From the IMG/VR virus record IMGVR_UViG_2563366865_000004, positions 1 through 38,371 of that record: a DNA stretch of 38,371 nucleotides, one strand, 5' to 3'. Source of the stretch: a virus. Taxonomy: Duplodnaviria; Heunggongvirae; Uroviricota; Caudoviricetes. Shown piece by piece: positions 30,352 through 38,371 of this stretch (position 1 is its first letter; every line of letters starts with the position of its first letter). The notes under the pieces were generated by a model, which saw only the letters and a program-made list of their open reading frames with translations, did no database searches and was not told where the DNA came from. The translations under genes were made by a program, and so were the position numbers.

Positions 30352-30489
30352 ATGCTCAAGAAAGTCAAACGCCGACTTTACAAAGAAGGTAGATATTCAT
30401 GCCATTTGCCAAAATGCGACACAGCAAAATGGAGTGTCGATGATTGGTGTAACTGGATAGATAGATACGGAACTTGGTGGGATAAATAA
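30352..30489 (+). CDS. Small Cys/His/Trp-rich hypothetical protein, 45 aa (not in ORF track)
   Basis: ATG preceded by GAGGTGAG RBS; translation MLKKVKRRLYKEGRYSCHLPKCDTAKWSVDDWCNWIDRYGTWWDK. Confidence 0.4.
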   Translation: MLKKVKRRLYKEGRYSCHLPKCDTAKWSVDDWCNWIDRYGTWWDK

Positions 30490-30543
30490 CAGGTAACTTA
30501 AGCGGATTTATTTTCGCAGCAAACCACTTATTTGAGGTGAGAT

Positions 30544-30807
30544 ATGGACGAGAAAATTAAATCATTGAAGCCAGGAATTGTTATCAGAGACATAAGTGGT
30601 TATTACGATACAGAGACATATGATATTTTATATGTGCATGCAGATGGAAAATGTCAGTATTCGAACGACATTTTTAATAATAAAGGCGATGCCGAAATTG
30701 CTGCCACCACAGTTAATAAAGAGCTCGTAGCTAACGAGTCGTGGGATTATTTTATGCCATCATCCACTTCTATGAACTGGAAAGTGGTTTTGTACATTCC
30801 ATCATAA
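30544..30807 (+). CDS. AT-rich hypothetical moron protein, 87 aa
   Basis: Strong GAGGTGAG RBS, markedly lower GC than neighbours, followed by its own terminator. Confidence 0.55.
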   Translation: MDEKIKSLKPGIVIRDISGYYDTETYDILYVHADGKCQYSNDIFNNKGDAEIAATTVNKELVANESWDYFMPSSTSMNWKVVLYIPS

Positions 30808-30848
30808 TTGTAGCTGCCGTTCAAAAATGAAAGTAAATCTAACATCAC

Positions 30849-30872
30849 AGGCCGCATAGTCGGCCTTCTTTT
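30849..30872 (+). terminator. Rho-independent terminator after the 87-aa moron
   Basis: AGGCCG-CATAGT-CGGCCT followed by TCTTTT. Confidence 0.6.
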
Positions 30873-30991
30873 GGCATAAACAACAGAATAAACACTGCAC
30901 TGTGTATTCATTCCAACGAGTGAATACACTGAGCAATGTCGCTCGTAACTAAACAGGAGCCGACTTGTTCTGATTATTGGAAATCTTCTTT

Positions 30992-31018
30992 GCCCTCCAG
31001 TGTGAGGGCAATTTTTTT
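30992..31018 (+). terminator. Rho-independent terminator (tL-like) preceding the coiled-coil gene
   Basis: GCCCTC-CAGTGT-GAGGGC followed by AATTTTTTT. Confidence 0.65.
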
Positions 31019-31030
31019 GATGGAGGATAT

Positions 31031-31999
31031 ATGAGTGAAGTAACAGATTTAGTTGTTATTGAAAAAGCAAATGCAATGACTGTATTTCAGTCTGCCGACC
31101 AGATTGAAGAAATCCTTCAAAAGGTTGAACGTGAAGTTATGTCCTTTGTGCCTGATATCACAACGGCAAAGGGCAGAAAGGAGATCGCTTCTCTGGCGTA
31201 TAAAGTTGCGCAGACGAAAACATATCTCGATGGTCTTGGCAAAGACCTTGTTGCTGAACTGAAGGAAATTCCAAAGCTAATTGATGCTAACCGCAAGACA
31301 GTGCGTGATCGCCTTGATGAGCTGAAAGCCAAGGCACGCCAGCCTCTTACTGATTATGAGGAAGAACAGGCGCGGATTAAAGCCGAAGAAGAAGCTAAGG
31401 CAGCAGCTGAAGCTCTCGCAAAGCAAATTGAGTCTGACCATGAAATAGCTATTTTGATGGATCGCGAATTTGACCGCCAAAGAGAAGAGGCAAGACTCAA
31501 AGCGGAGCAGGAAAAGCGAGAGCATGAAGAACGCTTAAAAAGAGAAGCTGAAGAGAAAGCCAGAGCAGAAGCCGAAGCAAAGGCAAAAGCCGAAATTGAA
31601 GCAGCAGCAAGGCGAGAAGCAGAAGCTAAGGCCGCAGCGGAACGTGCAGAGCGTGAACGCATTGAAGCCGAGCAACGAGCACTGCGCGAAGCAAAAGAGG
31701 CAGCAGAACGAGCTGAAAGAGAAAAGCAGGCGGCAATTGAAGCAGAACGCAGAAAAGCACAGGAGGAGGCTGAACGAATCCGGCGCGAGGCTGAAGCAAA
31801 AGAGCAAGCCAGAATAGCAGAAGAAAAAAGAATCAAGGACGAAGAAGAGCGTAGAGCAAAGGATAAAGCTCACCGAAAAGAAGTAAATAACAAAATACTT
31901 GCTGACCTTATCAAGGTTGGCGCATCAGAAGATGTTGCTAAAAATATCATAACAGCCATCGTAAAAGGCGAAGTATTCGCAACAAAAATAACCTACTAA
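31031..31999 (+). CDS. Highly charged coiled-coil protein with Glu/Ala/Lys/Arg-rich central repeats, 322 aa
   Basis: GGAGG RBS before ATG at 31031; residues about 120-290 low-complexity EAEAKAKAE / REAEEK type. Confidence 0.6.
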   Translation: MSEVTDLVVIEKANAMTVFQSADQIEEILQKVEREVMSFVPDITTAKGRKEIASLAYKVAQTKTYLDGLGKDLVAELKEIPKLIDANRKTVRDRLDELKAKARQPLTDYEEEQARIKAEEEAKAAAEALAKQIESDHEIAILMDREFDRQREEARLKAEQEKREHEERLKREAEEKARAEAEAKAKAEIEAAARREAEAKAAAERAERERIEAEQRALREAKEAAERAEREKQAAIEAERRKAQEEAERIRREAEAKEQARIAEEKRIKDEEERRAKDKAHRKEVNNKILADLIKVGASEDVAKNIITAIVKGEVFATKITY

Positions 32000-32022
32000 T
32001 AAAACCAACATAAGGAACCACC

Positions 32023-32154
32023 CATGATTTACGCAATCGCGGGAGGCGCTCGCATGGGTGCCTTCCAATTAAATGAATCTTTACTTGAACGAATCACCCG
32101 TAAATTACGTGACGGATGGAAAAGAGTTGAGGTCTTATTATGCGCAATGAAATA
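32023..32154 (+). CDS. cIII: CIII-like protein, 43 aa (not in ORF track)
   Basis: MIYAIAGGARMGAFQLNESLLERITRKLRDGWKR matches the lambda CIII core (ESLLERITRKLRDGWKR). Confidence 0.7.
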
Positions 32155-32292
32155 GCCATTAATCACCAGATGCTTCGTGCGGCACAAAACAAAGCAGTAA
32201 TAGCCAGATTTATTGGTGATTCAAAAATGTGGCTTGAAGCAAATAAAGCGATGAAATCAGCTATCAACCTTCCGTGGTATCGCAGGAAATGA
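32140..32292 (+). CDS. Kil-like small protein, 50 aa (not in ORF track)
   Basis: ARFIGDSKMWLEANKAM resembles lambda Kil ATFIGDEKMFREA segment as remembered; GAGGT RBS; overlaps cIII-like end. Confidence 0.5.
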   Translation: MRNEIAINHQMLRAAQNKAVIARFIGDSKMWLEANKAMKSAINLPWYRRK

Positions 32293-32373
32293 GTTTTACA
32301 GATAACTGGTCAGACGAAGAATTCATTCGTCAGATGAACAAAATGCTCAATCAGCACAAAGAACAGGAGAAAG

Positions 32374-32685
32374 ATGATGATTCTGACTCTGAATGATAAG
32401 CGTGAAATATCGCAAATAATCGCAAGTTTTACTGATGAAGATTACGAACGAATCAACAGTGAAGTTGATCGTCTCTGCAAACGTTGCGACCCAATAAGCG
32501 AAATGCTTCGCTCATATAAACCAGATGAACACACTAAGGACGCTATCGACTGGCTGGAAGATGATGACTGTAACTATCAGGAAAAAGCCGCTGAATGGTT
32601 CTGGGATGCAATAACCGAAAGAGTTAAGGCTGAATATGCCTTCGCAATATTTAAACGCAGACACATTTTTGGAGAAGCAGCATGA
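32374..32685 (+). CDS. Hypothetical acidic protein, 103 aa
   Basis: AGGAG RBS; stop overlaps recT start. Confidence 0.55.
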   Translation: MMILTLNDKREISQIIASFTDEDYERINSEVDRLCKRCDPISEMLRSYKPDEHTKDAIDWLEDDDCNYQEKAAEWFWDAITERVKAEYAFAIFKRRHIFGEAA

Positions 32686-33593
32686 GCAATATCGTTGAAT
32701 TCGTTAAACAGCAAGAGCAGTTATTCTGCGGAGCATTGACTGAACAGACGGTGACATGGGCTAAGGAAAGCCAGTTTGCAATTCAGTATTTCCAGAAAAA
32801 CGATTACCTGGCTAAAACAGCACTGGCAAATCCAACCAGCGCACAGAACGCCATCATCAATGTTGCGGCGATCGGCATCACCTTAAACCCTGCAAGCAAA
32901 CTGGCTTATCTGGTTCCGCGCGATGGCATGGTTTGCCTTGATATCAGCTATATGGGATTGCTCCATATTGCAATGGAGTCTGGTGTTATCTCATGGGGTC
33001 AGGCAAAACTTGTTCATGCTAACGATACCTATGAGTCAAACGGGCTTGATAAAGCACCAACCCATAAATACAACGCCTTCGGTGATCGTGGTGATATCGT
33101 TGGCGTTTACTGCACAGTTAAGACGCCGGCAGGTGATTATCTAACGGAAGAGATGAGTCTGGCTGAAATTGAGGCTGTAAGGAAAACAAGCAAGGCAGCA
33201 TTCAGCGATAAAGGACCATGGGTAAATCACTGGAATGAGATGGCGCGAAAGACGGTCGTAAAGCGTGCAAGCAAGTATTGGCCTAAGGCATCACGTCTTG
33301 ATAGTGCTATTCACGTACTAAACGAAGAAGAAGGTGTATGGACTGAACCAGTTATGCCGCACAAATCAGAGGAAGATATCCGCGAAGATGAACGGAAACG
33401 CCAGCAGGAAATAACGGATAAAGCACAACTTCTTTGTGATGAAATGGCTCAGGCAGAAAACATGGATGATTTGAAGCGATATTTTGCAGAAGCATATCGC
33501 CTGACATCTGGAATGAAATTGCAGCAGAACATACAAGCCATTTACATAGAATGCAAAGCGAAACTGGAGGTTGCCAGTGAGCAAACTGTATGA
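32682..33593 (+). CDS. recT: RecT-family single-strand annealing recombinase, 303 aa
   Basis: Central region AIINVAAIGITLNPASKLAYLVPRDG typical of RecT. Confidence 0.85.
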   Translation: MSNIVEFVKQQEQLFCGALTEQTVTWAKESQFAIQYFQKNDYLAKTALANPTSAQNAIINVAAIGITLNPASKLAYLVPRDGMVCLDISYMGLLHIAMESGVISWGQAKLVHANDTYESNGLDKAPTHKYNAFGDRGDIVGVYCTVKTPAGDYLTEEMSLAEIEAVRKTSKAAFSDKGPWVNHWNEMARKTVVKRASKYWPKASRLDSAIHVLNEEEGVWTEPVMPHKSEEDIREDERKRQQEITDKAQLLCDEMAQAENMDDLKRYFAEAYRLTSGMKLQQNIQAIYIECKAKLEVASEQTV

Positions 33594-34059
33594 AATAGCT
33601 AATGAATACGCAAAATTGATGGATTCAGATTTAGAACCAGAGATGATTGCTGACACAATAGAAGGCATGGAAGGAGAATTTACCGATAAAATAGAGCAAC
33701 TTCTTTCCGTCATTAAAAATGAATCTGGTTATGCTGAACGCCTCAAGGAAGAGGCAAAGTCGCTGAATGAGCGAGCCGCAGTAATTCAAAATAAGATTGA
33801 CAGCATCAAATCATATATAGCGTCATCGCTTGAAATGGTTGGCAAGAAAAAGATTCGAGCAGGTATTCACCAGGTAACAATCCGCAAACCGTCAGAAACT
33901 GTAGAAATCATCGACTCAAGCGCCCTTCCTCCTGAATACGTTGAGTTCGAAACGACAATTAAAGCCGACAAGTTGGCAATCAAGCACCAACTAAAAGCAG
34001 GAATAAATATCCCCGGCGCTCAACTCAAGGTTGGGAAACCTTCACTTCTTATCAAATAA
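33577..34059 (+). CDS. Recombination-module accessory protein (Gp157-like), 160 aa, GTG start
   Basis: GGAGG RBS 6 nt before GTG; position right after recT; family assignment from memory only. Confidence 0.5.
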   Translation: MSKLYEIANEYAKLMDSDLEPEMIADTIEGMEGEFTDKIEQLLSVIKNESGYAERLKEEAKSLNERAAVIQNKIDSIKSYIASSLEMVGKKKIRAGIHQVTIRKPSETVEIIDSSALPPEYVEFETTIKADKLAIKHQLKAGINIPGAQLKVGKPSLLIK

Positions 34060-34070
34060 CGGTATCGACT

Positions 34071-34385
34071 ATGAAAAAGACTCCATGGGAGAAATGGGAA
34101 GTCGATTTCTTGCGCGAAGTAGCGGCGACAATGCCAGTTCAAGTTATCGCTGAAAAACTGGAAAGGACTGAAAAAGCAGTAATGGCAAAAGCAACAAGGA
34201 TTGGCGCTGACATTGTTAGCCGACTTCGTGGAAGACGCTGGACAAGAGCCGAAGTATCACTTTTCGGTAAGTTCTCCGCAGAAGAAATAGCAATTGCAAC
34301 CTGCCGCTCAATTTATTCAGTAAGAGCTATGCGATACAAGCTAAAAAAACTCGATGAAGAAAGAGCAGGCATACGAATAAATTAA
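34071..34385 (+). CDS. Hypothetical protein, 104 aa
   Basis: ORF in early-left operon. Confidence 0.5.
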   Translation: MKKTPWEKWEVDFLREVAATMPVQVIAEKLERTEKAVMAKATRIGADIVSRLRGRRWTRAEVSLFGKFSAEEIAIATCRSIYSVRAMRYKLKKLDEERAGIRIN

Positions 34386-34401
34386 CATGGAGTAATTAAC
34401 A

Positions 34402-34683
34402 ATGAAGCTAAACATCGACCTCGGAAAATACGTTATTACCGGAACCAAACACGACCTGATTCTTAGTGAAAGAGGAATTATCAAAGAAGGCGAGAATGCA
34501 GGGAAAGAAACACTAAGTCGTATCGGTTATTACAGCAAGTTTGAGCATCTGGTTAAAGAGTTATGCAACCGTGAAATCCTGTTATCTCAGGCGCAGACGC
34601 TACAGGATATTCAGCAGCATATCGAAACTTTAGGTATGTCACTTAGCATGGCTATTGACCAGTTAGTGGAGAGTAAATCATGA
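34402..34683 (+). CDS. Hypothetical protein, 93 aa
   Basis: ORF in early-left operon. Confidence 0.5.
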   Translation: MKLNIDLGKYVITGTKHDLILSERGIIKEGENAGKETLSRIGYYSKFEHLVKELCNREILLSQAQTLQDIQQHIETLGMSLSMAIDQLVESKS

Positions 34684-34844
34684 GAGGACTTGCATACAAT
34701 CCCGGCATTCTTCCGGCAGAAATGATTATTCGCCAACGAGTAAAGCCAATGCCATCGAGAGAGGAATTGCTTAAGAGAAATTCTTTTCCTTCAGTAAATC
34801 AAAACAAATATCTGAATGCGATGTGGCGGAGTGGGAAGAAATGA
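34680..34844 (+). CDS. Small hypothetical protein, 54 aa (not in ORF track)
   Basis: ATGA overlaps at both ends suggesting translational coupling. Confidence 0.35.
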   Translation: MRGLAYNPGILPAEMIIRQRVKPMPSREELLKRNSFPSVNQNKYLNAMWRSGKK

Positions 34845-35416
34845 AACAAATGTCACTAATTGAGATGGATGGATTTCTGAAAGGTAAATGCATCCCACGA
34901 GATTTAAAGGTTAACGAAACAAACGCTGAATATCTGGTGCGTAAGTTCGGTGAGCTTGAATCAAAACTGGAAACGGCGTTGCGGGAGTGTCGTTCTGCTG
35001 GAATCACGATTGATAACCTTGAGGCCAAGTGCGCGGCGCTGGCAGCGGAGAGTGCGGGGCTAAAGGCGATATGTGATGACCGTCGCAGGTTCATCATGAA
35101 TGGGGTGCAGATGGGTTATATCAAGGTGCCAGCAGCGGAAACAGATCCAGACCTTGAGACAATTCGCATTGCTATATCACCACAAAAGCCCATTCCAGCC
35201 ACTGATGCTTTCCTGTCTGAAGTGCGGGCGCAGGGGGTGGATGCTGCTATAGAAGCTGCAAAAAATCTGGTGGTCCAAGAATATGAGTATAAGGATTTCA
35301 AAGCGGCGCAGAGTGATTGCTGTATGCACCCTGGTTCAGACCTGGTAGGGAAGGTTGAAATGACTGAGTGGTTAGTTGACTTTGCTGCCCAGCTTCGCAA
35401 AGGAGGCAACCAGTGA
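34841..35416 (+). CDS. Hypothetical protein, 191 aa
   Basis: ATG start chosen over the upstream GTG of the supplied ORF. Confidence 0.5.
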   Translation: MKQMSLIEMDGFLKGKCIPRDLKVNETNAEYLVRKFGELESKLETALRECRSAGITIDNLEAKCAALAAESAGLKAICDDRRRFIMNGVQMGYIKVPAAETDPDLETIRIAISPQKPIPATDAFLSEVRAQGVDAAIEAAKNLVVQEYEYKDFKAAQSDCCMHPGSDLVGKVEMTEWLVDFAAQLRKGGNQ

Positions 35417-36072
35417 GCGAAATTAATTACCAGGCACTACGTGAGGCGGCAGAACGTGCAACTCCAGCAATGGAACGCCTGTTAATGTTGCCAGTTGATG
35501 ATGATCTGATAAGCGAACAGGAACTTAAAGATAGCGGTGTTGATATTGATGCCCTCAACGCCTTCAAATTTCTGGCCGGACCAGAAACCGTGCTGGCGCT
35601 ACTGGATGAACGGGAAAGAAACCAGCAATACATAAAACGCCGCGATCAGGAGAACGAGGATATTGCGCTAACGGTAGGGAAACTGCTAATCGAAAACGGC
35701 CGGCTTGTTGCCGATACGCTACGCCACTTAGCTGATAACGAAATCGACTCTGATTATTTTGCTATCACCTCAACGAATGAGAACGGTACTGAAATTGATC
35801 ATGAGATGGCTATTACCGATTACGCACTGCAAGCTGCCGGAACTGTAGACGAATTGGTTGCGGCGCTGGAATCCGCAGAGAAGCGCATAGCAGAACTGGA
35901 AGCGCGGGAAATACTGCTCCCGGAACGTAGCAGTATGCTTCATCGAACAGATTTTCACGATGATTACCAAACGGTAATGGCATACAAAGTTTCTGAAGTC
36001 ATCGCTGCAATCCGCGCCGCTGGCATTCGCATCAAAGGAGACGCAGGAGAACAAAACGATGAAAAACCGTAA
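35413..36072 (+). CDS. Ead/Ea22-like early protein, 219 aa
   Basis: N-terminus [18 protein letters not shown] resembles Ea22-like prophage proteins as remembered. Confidence 0.6.
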   Translation: MSEINYQALREAAERATPAMERLLMLPVDDDLISEQELKDSGVDIDALNAFKFLAGPETVLALLDERERNQQYIKRRDQENEDIALTVGKLLIENGRLVADTLRHLADNEIDSDYFAITSTNENGTEIDHEMAITDYALQAAGTVDELVAALESAEKRIAELEAREILLPERSSMLHRTDFHDDYQTVMAYKVSEVIAAIRAAGIRIKGDAGEQNDEKP

Positions 36073-36235
36073 AGCAAAATTACTTCTTTTATCGCGTTCG
36101 ACGGGGTACGAGAAGCTACCAATCAGCAATCACAAACGGGCGGTGATCGGCATGTTTGGTAGGGTGGTATTCGCATTTAACTATAAACCCACCGCGTCGC
36201 GGAACAGACGAGAGAAGGGGTACGCAGTGCGATGA
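36059..36235 (+). CDS. Small basic ORF, 58 aa, starting MKNRKAK (first of a tandem pair)
   Basis: ATG embedded in a 21-nt motif repeated at 36231; may be a recombination scar rather than a gene. Confidence 0.3.
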   Translation: MKNRKAKLLLLSRSTGYEKLPISNHKRAVIGMFGRVVFAFNYKPTASRNRREKGYAVR

Positions 36236-36423
36236 AAAACCGTAAGGCAAAGATGCTGATAGCAAAGCCGGGGCAGCGTATCCGTATCTCAAATCGGCTT
36301 GTTATTTACTATAGATATCTGGGTTTTAGGGGGTGTTCCTCTATTCGTTTTTACGGTGTCTGGCGAAACAGAAGCGCAGCACAAAACCGCTGGAAAAACC
36401 ACTTTCGCACTAAAGGAGAGTGA
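36232..36423 (+). CDS. Small basic ORF, 63 aa, starting MKNRKAK (second of the pair)
   Basis: Same start motif; ATGA overlap with preceding ORF. Confidence 0.3.
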   Translation: MKNRKAKMLIAKPGQRIRISNRLVIYYRYLGFRGCSSIRFYGVWRNRSAAQNRWKNHFRTKGE

Positions 36424-36424
36424 T

Positions 36425-37312
36425 ATGACCACTATAACCGATAAGAAACAGTATCCAGGCGAGCAATATCTTAATGAGCTGATCACCAACATAGAGTTTG
36501 CTGCAAGGGCACCAGTTGAAGTCGTGAGAGCAATGGCAGCAGAGCTACAGAAGCGGCGCGAAGCTGATAGTGCCGAACCTGCAAGTAATCATGAAGAGTT
36601 GCCACTTGATTATCTCCAAGGTCAAAAAGATGGTCTTGAATGGGCTGCGCAGCTTGCAGAAGCAAATCACCCACAAACTGGCGACTGGCTTTACGATGAC
36701 CCGCTGGAGCTGGCTAAAGCTATCAGAAAAGGTCCTGACATGCCCGAATTCGATGGACCAACTCCGATAACGCCGGAGGCCATTGAAAACGCAATTGAAT
36801 ATATCCGCAGTATCGCTTTTCACATCGATGAAGACGATTACCACGGCAAGCATATTGCGTATTTCATGCGACAAGCACTGGTCTGGCTGGAAGGGCATTC
36901 ATGCAGCGACGACAGACAGGGTAAAGCCGAGAATCAACCAGTACGCGGCAACCAGGCTGCCGAATCCAATCGCGGTAATGAGTGGACCGGCAATCCTGAT
37001 ATTGATAACGCCATCATCATGCTCGATCGCATAGATACGCTGGAAAGTTGCGATGATGACCGTATTGAGGCGGTTAAGACTGTTTTGCGTAGACTGGCTG
37101 GCAACTATCCGGTAACTCCGGATGGTTGGATAAGCTGTAGTGAGCGAATGCCCCCTCAAGATGATTGGATTTTAATTTATTCAAAGCACGGCGAGTATAT
37201 GGCAGGACAGGTACAAGGGGAATACGTGGAGTTGAGCGACGGCACTTTATCGTGGTTAGGGAACGCCTTGTTCTGGATGCCGCTACCAGAACCGCCGCAG
37301 GAGGTGAAGTGA
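36425..37312 (+). CDS. Early protein with C-terminal DUF551-like domain, 295 aa
   Basis: AAGGAG RBS before ATG at 36425; C-terminal DGWISCSERMPPQDDWILIYSKHGEY ... WLGNALFWMPLPEPP resembles DUF551 proteins as remembered. Confidence 0.6.
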   Translation: MTTITDKKQYPGEQYLNELITNIEFAARAPVEVVRAMAAELQKRREADSAEPASNHEELPLDYLQGQKDGLEWAAQLAEANHPQTGDWLYDDPLELAKAIRKGPDMPEFDGPTPITPEAIENAIEYIRSIAFHIDEDDYHGKHIAYFMRQALVWLEGHSCSDDRQGKAENQPVRGNQAAESNRGNEWTGNPDIDNAIIMLDRIDTLESCDDDRIEAVKTVLRRLAGNYPVTPDGWISCSERMPPQDDWILIYSKHGEYMAGQVQGEYVELSDGTLSWLGNALFWMPLPEPPQEVK

Positions 37313-37596
37313 TGGACTCCTTCGCGAAATATACGATTATTGACTGGATAGCATTCATTCAGGTTTTGCTCATCTGGTTTTATATGGCTTACAGGAGTGG
37401 GCAGTGGATTGTCAGTGTAGCCTGTAGCAATGGATGGCGTTGGTGGAACCGAAAGAATAAAAAAGCGCTGGCCTTGGCTTCGTTTTACGAAGCATTCAAT
37501 CTTAACAGTCTTCAGCCTGGTTCTGTCGTTGTAGTCACCACTCAAAGCGGCATGACGATACAAATTCACAAGCCAAAGGAGGAAGGTCGTGGCTAA
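37312..37596 (+). CDS. Small membrane protein, 94 aa
   Basis: GGAGGTGAAG RBS; hydrophobic segment IIDWIAFIQVLLIWFYMAY; TGATG overlap with upstream gene. Confidence 0.55.
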   Translation: MDSFAKYTIIDWIAFIQVLLIWFYMAYRSGQWIVSVACSNGWRWWNRKNKKALALASFYEAFNLNSLQPGSVVVVTTQSGMTIQIHKPKEEGRG

Positions 37597-37873
37597 CCTG
37601 CAACTTGCCGTTAAAGGTGAATACTTCGATGCCATGATTCGCGGAGAGAAAACGGAAGAGTATCGCCTGTGTAATGACTACTGGAATAAGCGAATTATGT
37701 TCCGCGAGTATGACCGCCTGATTATCACAAAGGGATATCCGAAGCGCGACGATTCCAGCCGTAGAATTGATGTTCCGTATGACGGATATGAAATCAAGAC
37801 AATCACACATCCGCACTTCGGCGATAAACCGGTAAAGGTGTTCGCGATAAAGGTGAATATCAGCAATGAATAA
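37589..37873 (+). CDS. Hypothetical protein, 94 aa
   Basis: ORF overlapping the previous stop. Confidence 0.55.
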   Translation: MANLQLAVKGEYFDAMIRGEKTEEYRLCNDYWNKRIMFREYDRLIITKGYPKRDDSSRRIDVPYDGYEIKTITHPHFGDKPVKVFAIKVNISNE

Positions 37874-37945
37874 CAATCCTCGCATTCGCGGGGATTTCTT
37901 TTATCTGAACTCGCTACGGCGGGTTTTGTTTTATGGAGATGATAA

Positions 37946-38113
37946 ATGCACTTCCGAGTCACAGGTGAATGGAATGGAGAACCATTCAACAGAGTTATCG
38001 AAGCAGAGAACATCAATGACTGCTATGACCACTGGATGATATGGGCGCAGATAGCACATGCAGACGTAACCAATATTCGAATTGAAGAACTGAAAGAACA
38101 CCAAGCCGCCTGA
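37946..38113 (+). CDS. Small hypothetical protein, 55 aa (not in ORF track)
   Basis: GGAG RBS; followed directly by a terminator. Confidence 0.4.
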   Translation: MHFRVTGEWNGEPFNRVIEAENINDCYDHWMIWAQIAHADVTNIRIEELKEHQAA

Positions 38114-38128
38114 TGGCGGTTTTTTATT
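38105..38128 (+). terminator. Rho-independent terminator before xis
   Basis: GCCGCC-TGAT-GGCGG followed by TTTTTTATT. Confidence 0.7.
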
Positions 38129-38170
38129 GCCTGATTTGCAGGTTCGATTCCCTATTTGGAGATAGCACTC

Positions 38171-38371
38171 ATGCAACACGAACTACAGCCTGATTCACTG
38201 GTTGATTTGAAATTCATCATGGCTGATACTGGCTTTGGTAAAACCTTCATCTATGACCGGATTAAGTCCGGGGACCTGCCTAAAGCCAAAGTTATCCACG
38301 GGCGAGCAAGATGGTTATATCGTGACCATTGTGAATTCAAAAATAAGCTCTTAAGCCGCGCCAATGGGTAA
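38171..38371 (+). CDS. xis: Excisionase-like small helix-turn-helix protein, 66 aa; stop coincides with window end
   Basis: LVDLKFIMADTGFGKTFIYDRIKSGDLPKAKVIHGRARWLYRDHCEF typical of small phage excisionase / AlpA-type proteins. Confidence 0.65.
   Translation: MQHELQPDSLVDLKFIMADTGFGKTFIYDRIKSGDLPKAKVIHGRARWLYRDHCEFKNKLLSRANG

Noticed and set aside
31354-31873. Two minus-strand ORFs of 160 and 112 aa rich in Ser/Ala/Cys/Phe
   Set aside because: They are the reverse-frame readout of the repetitive GAAGC-rich coiled-coil gene on the plus strand.
38130-38160. GGTTCGATTCC motif resembling a tRNA T-loop just upstream of xis
   Set aside because: No complementary T-stem, acceptor stem or anticodon arm can be drawn around it; likely coincidental or part of the xis promoter region.

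Overview
The window is almost an entire P22-like lambdoid prophage (int and the att sites lie outside it), in reverse orientation to the usual P22 map. From low to high coordinates: the 5' end of a phase-variable O-acetyltransferase gene (neuO-like) with a heptanucleotide tandem repeat; an endosialidase-type tailspike with a P22 gp9-like N-terminus; the immI module (ant, arc, mnt); two AT-rich secreted/lipoprotein morons; the ejection, tail-accessory, coat, scaffold, portal and terminase genes; a lambda-type lysis cassette (S, R, Rz/Rz1); Q; the nin region; a DnaB-type helicase interrupted by an intein; an O-like initiator with ori iterons; cII, cro and the c2 repressor with nutR/nutL; an N-like antiterminator; and an early-left region with RecT, ending at xis. 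This architecture, with a K1-capsule tailspike plus neuO, resembles the described E. coli K1 prophage CUS-3 (inference from memory, not a database hit). The most notable features are (i) a 339-aa intein with a LAGLIDADG endonuclease domain and class-3-like hallmarks inserted exactly in the helicase Walker A loop, (ii) an HNH homing endonuclease fused in frame to the first 32 codons of ninB, with ninB resuming under an alternative N-terminus, (iii) the neuO contingency repeat, and (iv) several AT-rich morons at classic superinfection-exclusion positions. All homology statements come from reading the translations against remembered protein families; no searches were run.
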